The notes under the pieces: model-generated
Databases searched by the model: none
What the model was told of the DNA's origin: nothing
The model's input: the letters and a program-made list of their open reading frames with translations, nothing else
Assembly: GCF_009914755.1 (NCBI RefSeq)
Contig: NC_060942.1
Length of the DNA: 64,000 nucleotides
Direction: 5' to 3' (one strand)
From: the human T2T-CHM13v2.0 reference genome, Homo sapiens
Program-made: the position numbers and the translations under genes
In this document: positions 28,411 to 39,491 of the stretch, one piece after another
Layout: each line of letters begins with the position of its first letter
Position numbering within the stretch: the first letter of the stretch is position 1

Positions 28411-30060
28411 ATGTCAAAAAGGCCTGTAGATATCCCTTGGGTAACAGTGATAAGAAAAAAGGAAGCATTTATGTTTTTTTTATAGTACAGAAAGTCAAGA
28501 TGCTGAAGAAACTGGGAAGCAGTGTAAGTGTGAAATATTTTACCGAAGAATGTGCTGTTAGAAATACCATTATACATGGCCTGAAGAAACAAAATAAACT
28601 GTTGAAGTTCTGTGCTGAAACGGATGAATGGAAGTTAATGAAAAATACAAAAACACTGCATAAATCTGGAAATGAAGATCTCGCTCATGTATTGAAAGAA
28701 TTGATCCATCAGCATCACAGTGACCCTGGCCACTTAATTGCATGCTGCTCATGAGACAGGCAAGGATCTATCACCATCATGATGAACTGAAAATTGAGGA
28801 AAACTGGGAATATTTCTGCTGGTTGCAGAAATTTAAGAAAAGACATTGACATTGACATTACATTTTCAAATATTTGTGGAGATAAAGCACCTGCAGATTA
28901 TGGGGCAGCAGAGAAATTCATTGATGACCTTGCCAAGGTCATCGATGATGGAATATGATGCAAGGACAAATCTATTATGCTGGCAAAATGTCACCGTTTG
29001 GGTATTATTATCTCAGAAAGACACTGACTACAGCTGAGGAAACAGCCCCTATAGGAATTAAGGATGCCAAGGAGAGAAATTTGTGTTGGCAATTGCTAAT
29101 GCAGCAGGCATGCAGAAGTATAAACTTGCTGTGATAGGCAAAAGCTTATGTCCTCACTGTTTGCAAGGAGGGAATTTCCTACTAGGCCACTGTTGTGTTC
29201 TCAAAAAATGCATGGATTACTGGGGACAACATTTGGTCTAATTTCACAAACATTTTCTACCAGCAGCTCATGCTTACTGCAGGAAAATTGGACTGAATGA
29301 TGACTGTGAGATTTTGTTATTCCTTGATAACTTTTCTGCTCATCCTCCAGCTGAAATTCTCATAAAAATACTGTTTATGCTATGTGCTTTCTCCTAAATG
29401 TGACTTTATCAATTAATCACGTGACCGGTGCATCCTTAGATCAATGAAGTGTAAATATGAAAATACTTCCTTGAATAACATGTTAGTAGCATTGAGCAGA
29501 GGCATAGGCGTGGAAGGTTTTCAAAGGCAGTTTAGCATGCAGGATGCCTTACATGCTGTTGCCAATGCTGGGAACAGAGTGAGTAAAGACACAGGTGTGC
29601 ATACCTGATTCAACTACTGGACTGTGATTATGTTAAGTGATGATGATGATGAACAAGGTGGTGTCATTGAGAATAAAAAATGGTCTTACCACCTTACTTA
29701 TGCAAAAATTATACCTTCATAGTATGTCAGCAATCTGAAAGATGTGGATATTGAAGAAGCTTTTAACATCAATAATGAGGTTCTGGTTGTTCATTTATTG
29801 ACTGATAGTGAAATAGCCTAAATTTTTCTGAACGAAGGTTGATTCTTATTATAGGTACAGTAAAGATGACGTTGTTAACACTTCAGAAAATGTTCCAATG
29901 GATTACATGGTGAAAGTGTGTGATGGGCTAATTGAAGGACTAGTGAAGTGTATATTTATAATCAAACAAGAAATCATGTCCATTAATAAAATCAAAGAGA
30001 GATTTCTGAGGAAAAATATATTGTCAATCAGGCAGATGACTCTGAAGGAAATATTCTAAG
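28411..30060 (+). pseudogene. Decayed Tigger4 pogo-family transposase (CENP-B-type HTH plus DDD domain)
   Basis: ATGTCAAAAAGGCC start; KVKMLKKLGSSVSVKY...LKKQNKLLKF HTH; TTATTCCTTGATAACTTTTCTGCTCATCCT (LFLDNFSAHP); frameshifts and stops; 3' boundary approximate. Confidence 0.8.
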
Positions 30061-30132
30061 AAGCCATCCAGCAGAATGCCTCCTCATCCCTACAGGACCC
30101 ACTTTCTGGTCCCTCAACTGCTGATGATGTTT

Positions 30133-30182
30133 ACACACACACACACACACACACACAGACACACACACACACACACACACAC
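30133..30182. repeat. (CA)n microsatellite within Tigger4
   Basis: Direct reading; one GA interruption. Confidence 0.95.
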
Positions 30183-30716
30183 TGTACGGTAAGCCTTTAT
30201 CAAAACATAACATCATAGGTGGAGACTGAAAGTTTATCATTGTTCATTGCTGCTGTTGTCTAGCAGCTGATCCAGGTGTTGCGCTGTGTTGCTGAGTTAC
30301 CCTTAACATATAGTTTTCTCACTGTAGGTCACACTTTTTACCATTAAGTGCTTATGTGTAAACAAATATAAGAAGAGAATTGCTTATTAGTGATATATGA
30401 ATTCAGTGTCAACAATGGTGGAAATGCTAGATGACCACAGATTGTCCACATGGGGGGCTTGCCTTTGCTTTCTGATAATTTAATATGCACATATTTTGTT
30501 TCATGCACAAGATTATTTAAAATATTGTATAAAATTACCTTCAGGCTATGTTTGTAAGGTATATATGAAACAAACAAATTTCATGTTTAGACATTGGTCC
30601 CATCTCCAAGATATCTTATTACCTGTATGCGAATACTTCAACATTAAAAAAAATCTGAAATACAAAACATTTCTATTCCAAAGCATTTTGGATAAAGGAT
30701 ACTCAACCTGTATAGT

Positions 30717-30727
30717 TGTGTGTGTGT

Positions 30728-30762
<35 letters not shown>
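30717..30762. repeat. (TG)n microsatellite
   Basis: Direct reading; one TA interruption. Confidence 0.95.
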
Positions 30763-30764
<2 letters not shown>

Positions 30765-33700
30765 TCTAACGGATGGTGGTGGTGACCAAATTGTTTAAAT
30801 GAAAAGTTTTGGTTTCTAATAAAAATATTTGAGGCTTTACGTAGCATTGAAAACATTGAGTAAAAGGAGAATAAACTAACTTGAAGTCAACCCCTCTAGA
30901 TTGTCATCTGAGTTGGCCAGGTTCAACACTTTCTGATTCAATACTACTTGACATTTTTCTTTACATAATGACTATTTAAAACATTGACAAAATGAAATGA
31001 CTTAAAGACATTATTATGAGCATGTACCAAATTATAGATTTAAAAATCTTTCAAGCCCCTATTGAAAGCTGTCTCTAAAAAACAAACGCATGAGACATTA
31101 CCCATTTGGGTACCATGAGTTTTAGTTATTTGGCTGAATTGGGTTTTGAATTCTCATAATAGACGTTTATATTTTCCCACTAAGATTAGCAGAAGCAGAA
31201 AAATTAAACTGCCTCTACACAATGCAAATAAACTGTTTGAATGATTGATAGTTGTATTGAACTTATAATGTATACTAACAAATAAACTAAATTATTATGA
31301 CAATCAATCATTTTAATAATCTTCACAATCTCCCATAAAAAAGCTTGATAGTATCGTTTTCGGGTGGATTTGAAATTTCTAGTTAAATTTTTCAGCAATG
31401 AATTTTGAGGAAATTCATTAGTCTGTGTTCTCAATAAAAATTGTACTGTATATTATCTGTTCGAGTCTATGTAAGTTAGAAGAATTCTATAACACAATAT
31501 GAGTATTTAATCAGGGCCTGAAAAATCAGAAACTTATTTTTCACATTCTTGAAATTCTAATTAGTACTTGTCATTTTATTAAAAATGCTGTAAAATATCT
31601 ACACTTGGGAAAATTATAATATAATTTATTATTTAAGTTTTCAGTAAGAATTTAGTGGAGAATATTTATTACTTAGTTGGTATTAAACTCTTATCTTACA
31701 TCTCAGATTTCAGGGCATATTAGCAATGCCACAGCCACAGTAATTGCTGTTAAATGAAATCGATGATATTTAAATATTTTAGTTTAGCAATGGTCACTAT
31801 TAGCATTGGCAATGAAACTCAAATGTATAATTTATCATCTTCTGTTATAGGCACTGACCTGTATTCATGTCTTACCGTGTCAAATGGAAAAATAATGATA
31901 ACGTTTCTTAAAGCTGAGCAACAATAACATTTTGTTAGGTAGCTGATGGCCAAGACATCCAAGTCCAAAATCTCAAGTTTTATTAAAAAGCTATGAATAA
32001 GATATGCTTTAGAAAATATCTTTTCTTATGCCCCATCTGGTTTTATTTTAAATCTGGTGTATCAGGAAAAAGTTGGATGAATGTTAAATGAAGAAATTAT
32101 GCCTCTGCTTTCAACAATTCTGGATTTGAATGTTTAACATCAGTTTTTAGTTTTATTAACTGTTAAATTAATATCTATATAATATATAGATATACACACA
32201 CATACACATAAGTACATACATGCATACCTCAGAGATATTGTGTATTTAGTTCCAGAAATCCACAGTGAAGTATTACAAAAAAGTGAAACTCAATTTTTTA
32301 AAATTTCTCATTGCATCTAAAAGTTATATTTGCACTATACTGTACATTATTATATATAAAATGTGCAAGAGAATTATGTTTAAAACCAAAGTTCATACCT
32401 TAATTTAAAAATACTTTATTGCTACAAAATGCTAACGATCATTTGAGCCCCCAGCAAGTCATAATCTTTCTGCTGGTGGAAGGTCTCTATTGATGGTTGC
32501 TGACTAATCAGGGTCAGATTGATGAAGTTTGGGGTAGGTGTGGCAAATTCTTAAAATAAGACAATGAAGTTTGCCCCTCAGATTGATTCTTTCTTTCAGG
32601 AAAGATTTCTATGCTCTTTGATAGCATTTTACCCACCATAGAACTTTTTTCAAAACTGAAGTCAATCCTCTCAAACTTGACTGCTGCTTTATCAACCAAG
32701 TTTATGTAATATTTTAAATCCCTTTTTGTCATTTGAACAATGTTCACAGCTTCTTCACCAGGAGTAGAGTCCGCTTCTAGAATCTTCTTTTTTTTTCCTC
32801 ATCCATAGAAATAACTCATCATTCATCCAAATTTAATTATCAGATTTCAGAAATTTAATCACACTCCTAATTCTAGTTCTTTTGCTATTTCCACCACATC
32901 TTCAGTTACTTCCTCCACTGAAGTCTTGAGTCCCTCAAAGTCATCCATGAGAATTGGAATCAATTTCTTCCAAATGCCTATTAAAGTTGACATTTTGACC
33001 ATCTACCATAAGTCATGAATGTCCTTGATGGCATCAACAGTGGTGAATCCTTTCCAGAAGGCTACTAATTAACCTTGCCCAGATCCATCAGAGGAATCAC
33101 TAACTATGGTAACTATAGACTTATGAAATGTATTTTTTAAAATAAAAAGACTTAGAAGTCAAAAGTATGCCCCTGATACATTTGTTGCAGAATGGATGTT
33201 ATATTACCAGGCATGAAAACATTAATCCTCAATGCCCATTTCCATCAGAACTCTTGGGTGACCAGGTGCATTGTAAATGAGCAATAATATTTTGAAACAA
33301 ATCTGTTGGGCTTTTTTTATTCTGAGCAGTAGGTCTGTACAGTTAGCTTAAAATATTCAGTCTACCATGCTGTAAACTTATGTGCTGTCATCCAGGCTGT
33401 GTTCTTCTATTTATAGAGCACAGGATGAGTAGATTTAACATAATTCTTAAGGACCCTAAATTTTTAGAATGGTAAATAAACGTTGGATTCAACATAAAGT
33501 CACCAGTTGCATTATCCCCTAACAAGAGAGTCAGGATGTCTTTTGACTTCTCCTCTCTAGCTATGGAAGTCATCTTCAATAGATGGCATCTTCTTCCAAT
33601 ACATGGCTATTTTGTCTACATTGAAAATCTGTTGCTTAGTGTAGACACCTTCATCAGTGCTTTTAGCTAGATCTTCTGGATAACTTGCTGTAGCTTTCAC

Positions 33701-34109
33701 ATCAGCACTTGCTGCTTCACCTTGAACTTCTGTGTGTGGTGATGGCTTCTATCCTTAAACCTCATGAAGCAACCGCTGCTAGCTTCACACTTTTCTGCAG
33801 CTTCCTCACTTCTCTCAGCTTTCACAGAATTGTAGAGGGTTAGGACCTTGCTTTGAATTAGGCATTGGCTTAATGGAATGTTGTGGCTAGTTTGATCTTC
33901 TATTCATACCACTAAAACTTTCTCTGTATCACCAATATGGTTGTTTTGCTTTCCTATCCTTGTGTGTTCACTGGAGTAGTATTAGTAATATTATTCAAGA
34001 ATTTTTCCTTTACATTCACAATTTGGCTATTTGGCCCAAGGGGCCTAGTTTTCAGCCTATCTCAGCTTCTAACATTCCTTACTCACTAAGCCTAATCATT
34101 TCTGGCTTT

Positions 34110-34706
34110 AAGAAATATGTATAAAATAGCAAAGACATAGAATTAACCCAAATGCCCATCAATGATAGACTGGATAAAGAAAATTTGGTACATATACACC
34201 ATGGAATACTATGCAGCCATAAAAAGGAATGAGATCATGTCCTTCGCAGGGACATGGATGGAACTGGAAGCCATCCTCAGCAAACTGACACAGGAACAGA
34301 AAACCAAACACCACATGTTCTCACTCATAAGTGGGAGCTGAACAATGAGAACACGTGGACACAGGGAGAGGAGCAACACATACTGAGGCCTGTCGTTGGG
34401 GGTGGAGTAGGGAGAAAAAGAGTATCAGGAAAAATAGGTAATGCATGCTGGACTTAATACTTAGGTGATGGGTTGATAGCTTCAGCAAACTACCATGGCA
34501 CACGTTTAGCTATGTAACAAACCTGCACGTCCTGCACATGTATCCCAGAAATAAACTAAGCTGAACTAAAATAATAAATGTATATAAATTTATGATGTTC
34601 AAGCATAATTTTGTTAGATGCGTAGATTGAGTAGTAGTGAAATCAGGGTTTTTAGGGTATTACCCAAATATCATATATTGTACCCATTAATTAATCCCTC
34701 ATCATC
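34110..34706 (-). mobile_element. Short L1MA-type 3' end inserted in Tigger1 (hosts an L1PA)
   Basis: TAATTTTGTTAGATGCGTAGATTG...GTGAAATCAGGGTTTTTAGGGTATTACCC; flanked by CATTTCTGGCTTT / CATTTCTAGATTT duplication. Confidence 0.7.
34126..34575 (+). mobile_element. 5'-truncated L1PA10/11-like 3' end
   Basis: AATGAGATCATGTCCTTCGCAGGGACATGGATGGAACTGG...AAACCTGCACGTCCTGCACATGTATCCCAGAA; TSD-like AAATATGTATAAA/AAATGTATATAAA. Confidence 0.9.
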
Positions 34707-35994
34707 CATTTCTAGATTTTGATTTACAATGAGATGTTCTCCTCATCTTTTCACTTGACTACTTAGGAGGCCATTGCAAATTATTAATTGGCCTAAATTC
34801 AACATTGTTGTTTCTTAGGGAATAGCAATACCTGAGGAGAGGGAGAGATGGGAGAGCAGCCATTCCATGCAGTAGTTAGAACATACATATCTATTAATAG
34901 ATTTTGCCATCTTACATGGGCGTGGTTTGTGGCAGCTCAAAATAAATGCAATAGTAACATCAAAGATCACTGATCACTGATCATCATAACAAGTATATCA
35001 ATAATGAAAATGTTTGAAATATGGCGAAACACAGACACACAAACTGAGCACATGCCGTTGGAAAAATGGTGCTGATAGACTTGCTTGCTGTAGGTCTACT
35101 GGCAGCCTTCAATTTGTGAAAAACATCATATCCGTAAAGTGCATTAAAGTGAAGCACAATGACAGGATCTGTGCTTGGACACACATTTTATTATATGTTC
35201 ATCAACACTCCTGATGCTGCTTTAGTATCAATATTTTATTTATGGAAATAGCAGATTGTTTTCTTCTGCTAATAGTTGAACCTGACCTGAGGAATTAAAT
35301 ATGAGGCTAAGAGATCAATCTGACTAATAAATAATTTGTGATTTTTTTTAGAAATTGTGATATTAATATATTTAGGTGAAAAAATGTATGCAGCATTCCA
35401 ATAGTTCTGTATCCTCTGGTGTTTTTTACTTACTATTTCAGATTTTTTTTTCTTATGGTTTTTTTCTAAGTCAGCTTCTGCTTGCAGTTCTTGTTGATGT
35501 GTGGGTAACACAATAAAAGAAAGCAGAGTTTTAAATAATATTTTTTGCATCTCTCATTTGTAGTATTGGTATTGCTGGACCCTTCCGTACACATTGGAAT
35601 CCTGAGATACTGCAAAAGCATTCAACAACCCATGTGCTGCCAGAAAATGTAAGTCCCTTTTACATTCTTGAAAGTATGGTATTGTAAATAGTTTTACATG
35701 AGATATTTTAAGAGGCTTTAATAGTTATGTGGTGCAGATAGGCATTGCTATAAAATTGTAATTTGCATGAATCTAATTGAATCAGAGAACTTTGACTATT
35801 AAAACATACATTTTTATCATGAACATACTATGTGTCAAAACCTAGGAATACAAGTGTTAAAGAGGAAAAACTGTTGTTATATAGGCATATGGCCTAGCTA
35901 GAAAGGATATTTGTAATAAACCAGTTAAATATGGCAGGCAATTTTAGAATGCTAAGTATTAAGGCAAAAATCACATGGGGTAATGGAATTGAGC

Positions 35995-36366
35995 TACTAT
36001 GGTCTGAAAGTTTTGTGTCCTTCTCCAAATTTATAGTGGGGGTTGAAACCCTAACCCCCTAGGTAGTGCCAGGTATTAGGAGGTGGGTGGTGCCTTTGGG
36101 AGGTGATTAGATCATGAGAGGGGAGCCCGCATGACTGGAATTAGTGCTATTATTAAAAAGGGGACTCTGAAGAGTTCCTCTGACCTCATACCTTGTGAAG
36201 ACATAAAGAGAAGGCGCCATCTGCAAATCAGGAACAGCCCTCCCTGGACTCTGAATCTGCTGGCTCCTTGGTCTTGGACTTACCCACATCTAGAAACATG
36301 AAATAAACTTCTGTTTATAAGCCATACAATTTAAGGTACTTTCTAATAGACACCCAAACTAAGACA
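35995..36366 (+). mobile_element. MLT1A-like MaLR solo LTR
   Basis: TACTATGGTCTGAAAG...GCCTTTGGGAGGTGATTAG...AATAAACTTCTGTTTATAAGCCA...ACTAAGACA. Confidence 0.88.
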
Positions 36367-36393
36367 GTGACTTGTGTCGGCATAGGAGTATGG

Positions 36394-36451
<58 letters not shown>

Positions 36452-36480
36452 CCTACCTACCTACCTACCTGCCTGCCTAT
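36394..36480. repeat. Compound tetranucleotide STR (TATC)n(TACC)n(TGCC)n
   Basis: Direct reading. Confidence 0.95.
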
Positions 36481-38675
36481 GGAAATAAGTCTGTTAATAT
36501 TCCTACCCTAGAGGCTTTCAATATTTTTCAGGCTTGAGTACTTTCCTAAGGGACCATAGTTAAGACCTCATAACATAATGTGTATTGTGATGTTCTTGAA
36601 AAAAAAAAAATCTGTGAGTGGTTTCTCAAAGTTGTAATTGAAGAGAGCTTAAGAAATTGATTATTTATGAATTTAGGATAGGGTGAAGGGGAACAATAAG
36701 GGCAAGCTAAGGACTTAAGAGAGCTCTGAACATGCTTTGTTCTGAAAGGAAAATAGCAGACAGCTAATGGCACTCAAGGCAAGCCATGCTAGAGGGCATG
36801 GACCATCTGCTGGCTTTCAGTAGAATGACATAGTCATTGCCAAAATGGACCCTTAACAGAGAGTAGCAGTGGTCTTAAATGTCCACACTTGTCACTCTTC
36901 CTGATCTCTAATATTATGCAATTTCCTCCCATTGACTGAAAAGCCATATATTAGCAAATATTACCCAGATATATATATAATAACATTGTTATTCAGTTTT
37001 TTTAAAGAATGCCTTTGTTTAGCTCACCCATCATCACCAACACTCTGAACATAAAAAAATTTCCATAGACCATTATTATAAAGAATTTTACAAGGACAGT
37101 GATGATTATAATATACTAAAATATTATGAGATTGCAATTACTCATTTAAATCCCCAGGAAATGCCAAATAGCCAACTTCCTTAAGATTCAGAATAAGTGA
37201 CTGAGTCTTTTCTGTGAATGTTCATTTCCTGCTTTTTGAGAGATTAAATGTTCTTCCCAGCATCCCTGAATTCATGAAACTTGCAAAGTTTGAAAACTAC
37301 GTATATAAGGACTTCAAAGGCTTAAAAAAGCTGGCAAAGAAACATTTCAAACCAGCAGTTTTTCAATATTTTACAGATTATTTTGTGTGAAATAAATGAT
37401 ATTAAAGTAGGAGAATGTGATTCTATAGATAGAGATATATGATCCCCGAGGCATCCCTGCACATTCCAAATACTCAACCAATTTTGCGTTTGGAAAATGG
37501 TGCAAGCGTTTTTTCTCAGGTTTAATCTGTTTCACATTGGTGAGCTGAAGAAAGGAACAAAAGGTCCACTTGACAGGTCTATTCTGCACATTCGTCATAT
37601 GTCCTCATAAACCTGTGTCATTTTAAAGGCGATGCATTTGTGTTTGTTTTTGGCAAAAGAATTTAAAATGCTCTGTGACAGACACTGAATATAAGAATGT
37701 CAAACACCACACATCTAAAAAATGTACATTGTAAAAATAAGTAGGCACAAAAATTAAAACATATAAAATGCAATGATTTTCTGTCATTTTAAAAAAAATG
37801 TTGTGTTTATTCTTTCTCGTTTTCTAAGATCTTAAATTACAAGCTTCTTAAACAGTAAGTTATCTAATATGCTAAACTCTATGCACCTTATTTGAGCATT
37901 AATTTTAACATTTAAAGTAACAACAAATAAAGTCACCATTTAAATAATGCCTCATGTAAGTCTATACAAACCTGAGATATTCCTGAGAACCAGCAAACAA
38001 GTGTGTGTTTATAAACAATTAACATCTTTCAGTGCCAGATTATTATTTTTTTCTGAGTAATAAAAAGCTTATATTTGAAAATTGAGACAATAAAGATGAA
38101 ATGATTTATGTATATTAATTTATTCATTTCAGTTAAGACATTCAATTAAGTACATACTTTACCAAAATGTTAAGTTCTTTTTCACCATATTAATTTATCA
38201 AAAAAAATTAAAATATCCATTTCCTCCAAAGACTATTCCAATTCCATTGGAAAATATCTGTGCTACAACAACCCTATTCATAGAAAAATATTATTCCTTT
38301 ATGATTGAGGTTAATGTACAAATGGAGTCATTTATAGACTATGGATCACTTCACAAAGTGTTGGCTGCTATATCCTTCCAACCACATGGCTGTGAAGTTT
38401 TGGTTTTTACAACGTTTATTTCCAAAGCTTTGTGAATAATTGGGTATAACTTAACAAGCATAAATTCATATAACAAAAATTCATGATTATTTCATTAGGC
38501 TGGAATAGTATAAAATATAGTTTCAATATCTTACCTGTATTGTTATGATGAATATAGATTACTTATACATATTGAAATATAGATATAGATAAATACAGAT
38601 ATAGAAGTGTACACATATAAATATAGACATACAGGTACACATGTATACCTGTATATATTACAAATAGAACGTATA

Positions 38676-38777
38676 CAATAGTCCCCCTATCTGTGGAGGA
38701 TACCTTCCAAACCCTTGATGTCTGAAACAGCAGATTGTACTTGAAACTGTCAAACTGTGGATTAGGAGGAACTACTG
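38676..38777 (-). mobile_element. Miniature MER44/Tigger7-type element (102 bp, both TIRs, TA TSD)
   Basis: TA|CAATAGTCCCCCTATCTGTGG...CTGTGGATTAGGAGGAACTACTG|TA. Confidence 0.75.
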
Positions 38778-39124
38778 TATGTGTATATATATAACATATA
38801 TATATAGGTATATACACACACACACATATATACACACAAAACAAGTAGTGTATATTACATGTGTGGGTGTGCATGTGCATATGTGTACATGGGCAAAGGA
38901 GGATAGATTGCAGGCACGTGAAGATGCTAACTCGTAGGTATAGAAAGGAGAACACGATTAAGATACCATTACATTGGAAACATTGAGGAGCTTATATAAA
39001 GACCTCTCAGATAAACATATATTTTTGCAAATGCCATATAAAATATGTATACACTTATTTGCCCATATTTATGCAGTGTCTACTATTCATGAGGCAAGAT
39101 AAAAAGATACACATGAGATCTTAA

Positions 39125-39457
<333 letters not shown>

Positions 39458-39491
39458 GACACTGAGCTTTTGATTAGGCTGTCTGGGAGAG

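Larger units (their letters stand above)
28001..30710 (+). mobile_element. Near full-length Tigger4 (Zombi) DNA transposon with both TIRs and TA TSD
   Basis: TA|CAGATTGGGCATCCTTCATCCAAAA...TTTTGGATAAAGGATACTCAACCTG|TA; 2710 bp; decayed pogo-type transposase inside. Confidence 0.9.
32219..35177 (-). mobile_element. Near full-length Tigger1 DNA transposon interrupted by nested L1 3' ends
   Basis: TA|CATGCATACCTCAGAGATATTG left end and ...AAAGTGAAGCACAATGACAGGATCTGTGCTTG right end; minus-strand transposase pieces LTLLLGDNATGDF and DLKYYINLVDKAA..FERID. Confidence 0.92.

Noticed and set aside
28281-28754. Longest ORF (157 aa) as a domesticated TIGD/JRK-like gene
   Set aside because: It is a frameshifted piece of Tigger4 transposase inside an element that still has TIRs and TSD; downstream domains are disrupted.
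38563-38955. 130-aa minus ORF and similar C/V/Y/I-rich or hydrophobic ORFs
   Set aside because: Products of TA/CA low-complexity and AT-rich sequence with no protein-family features.
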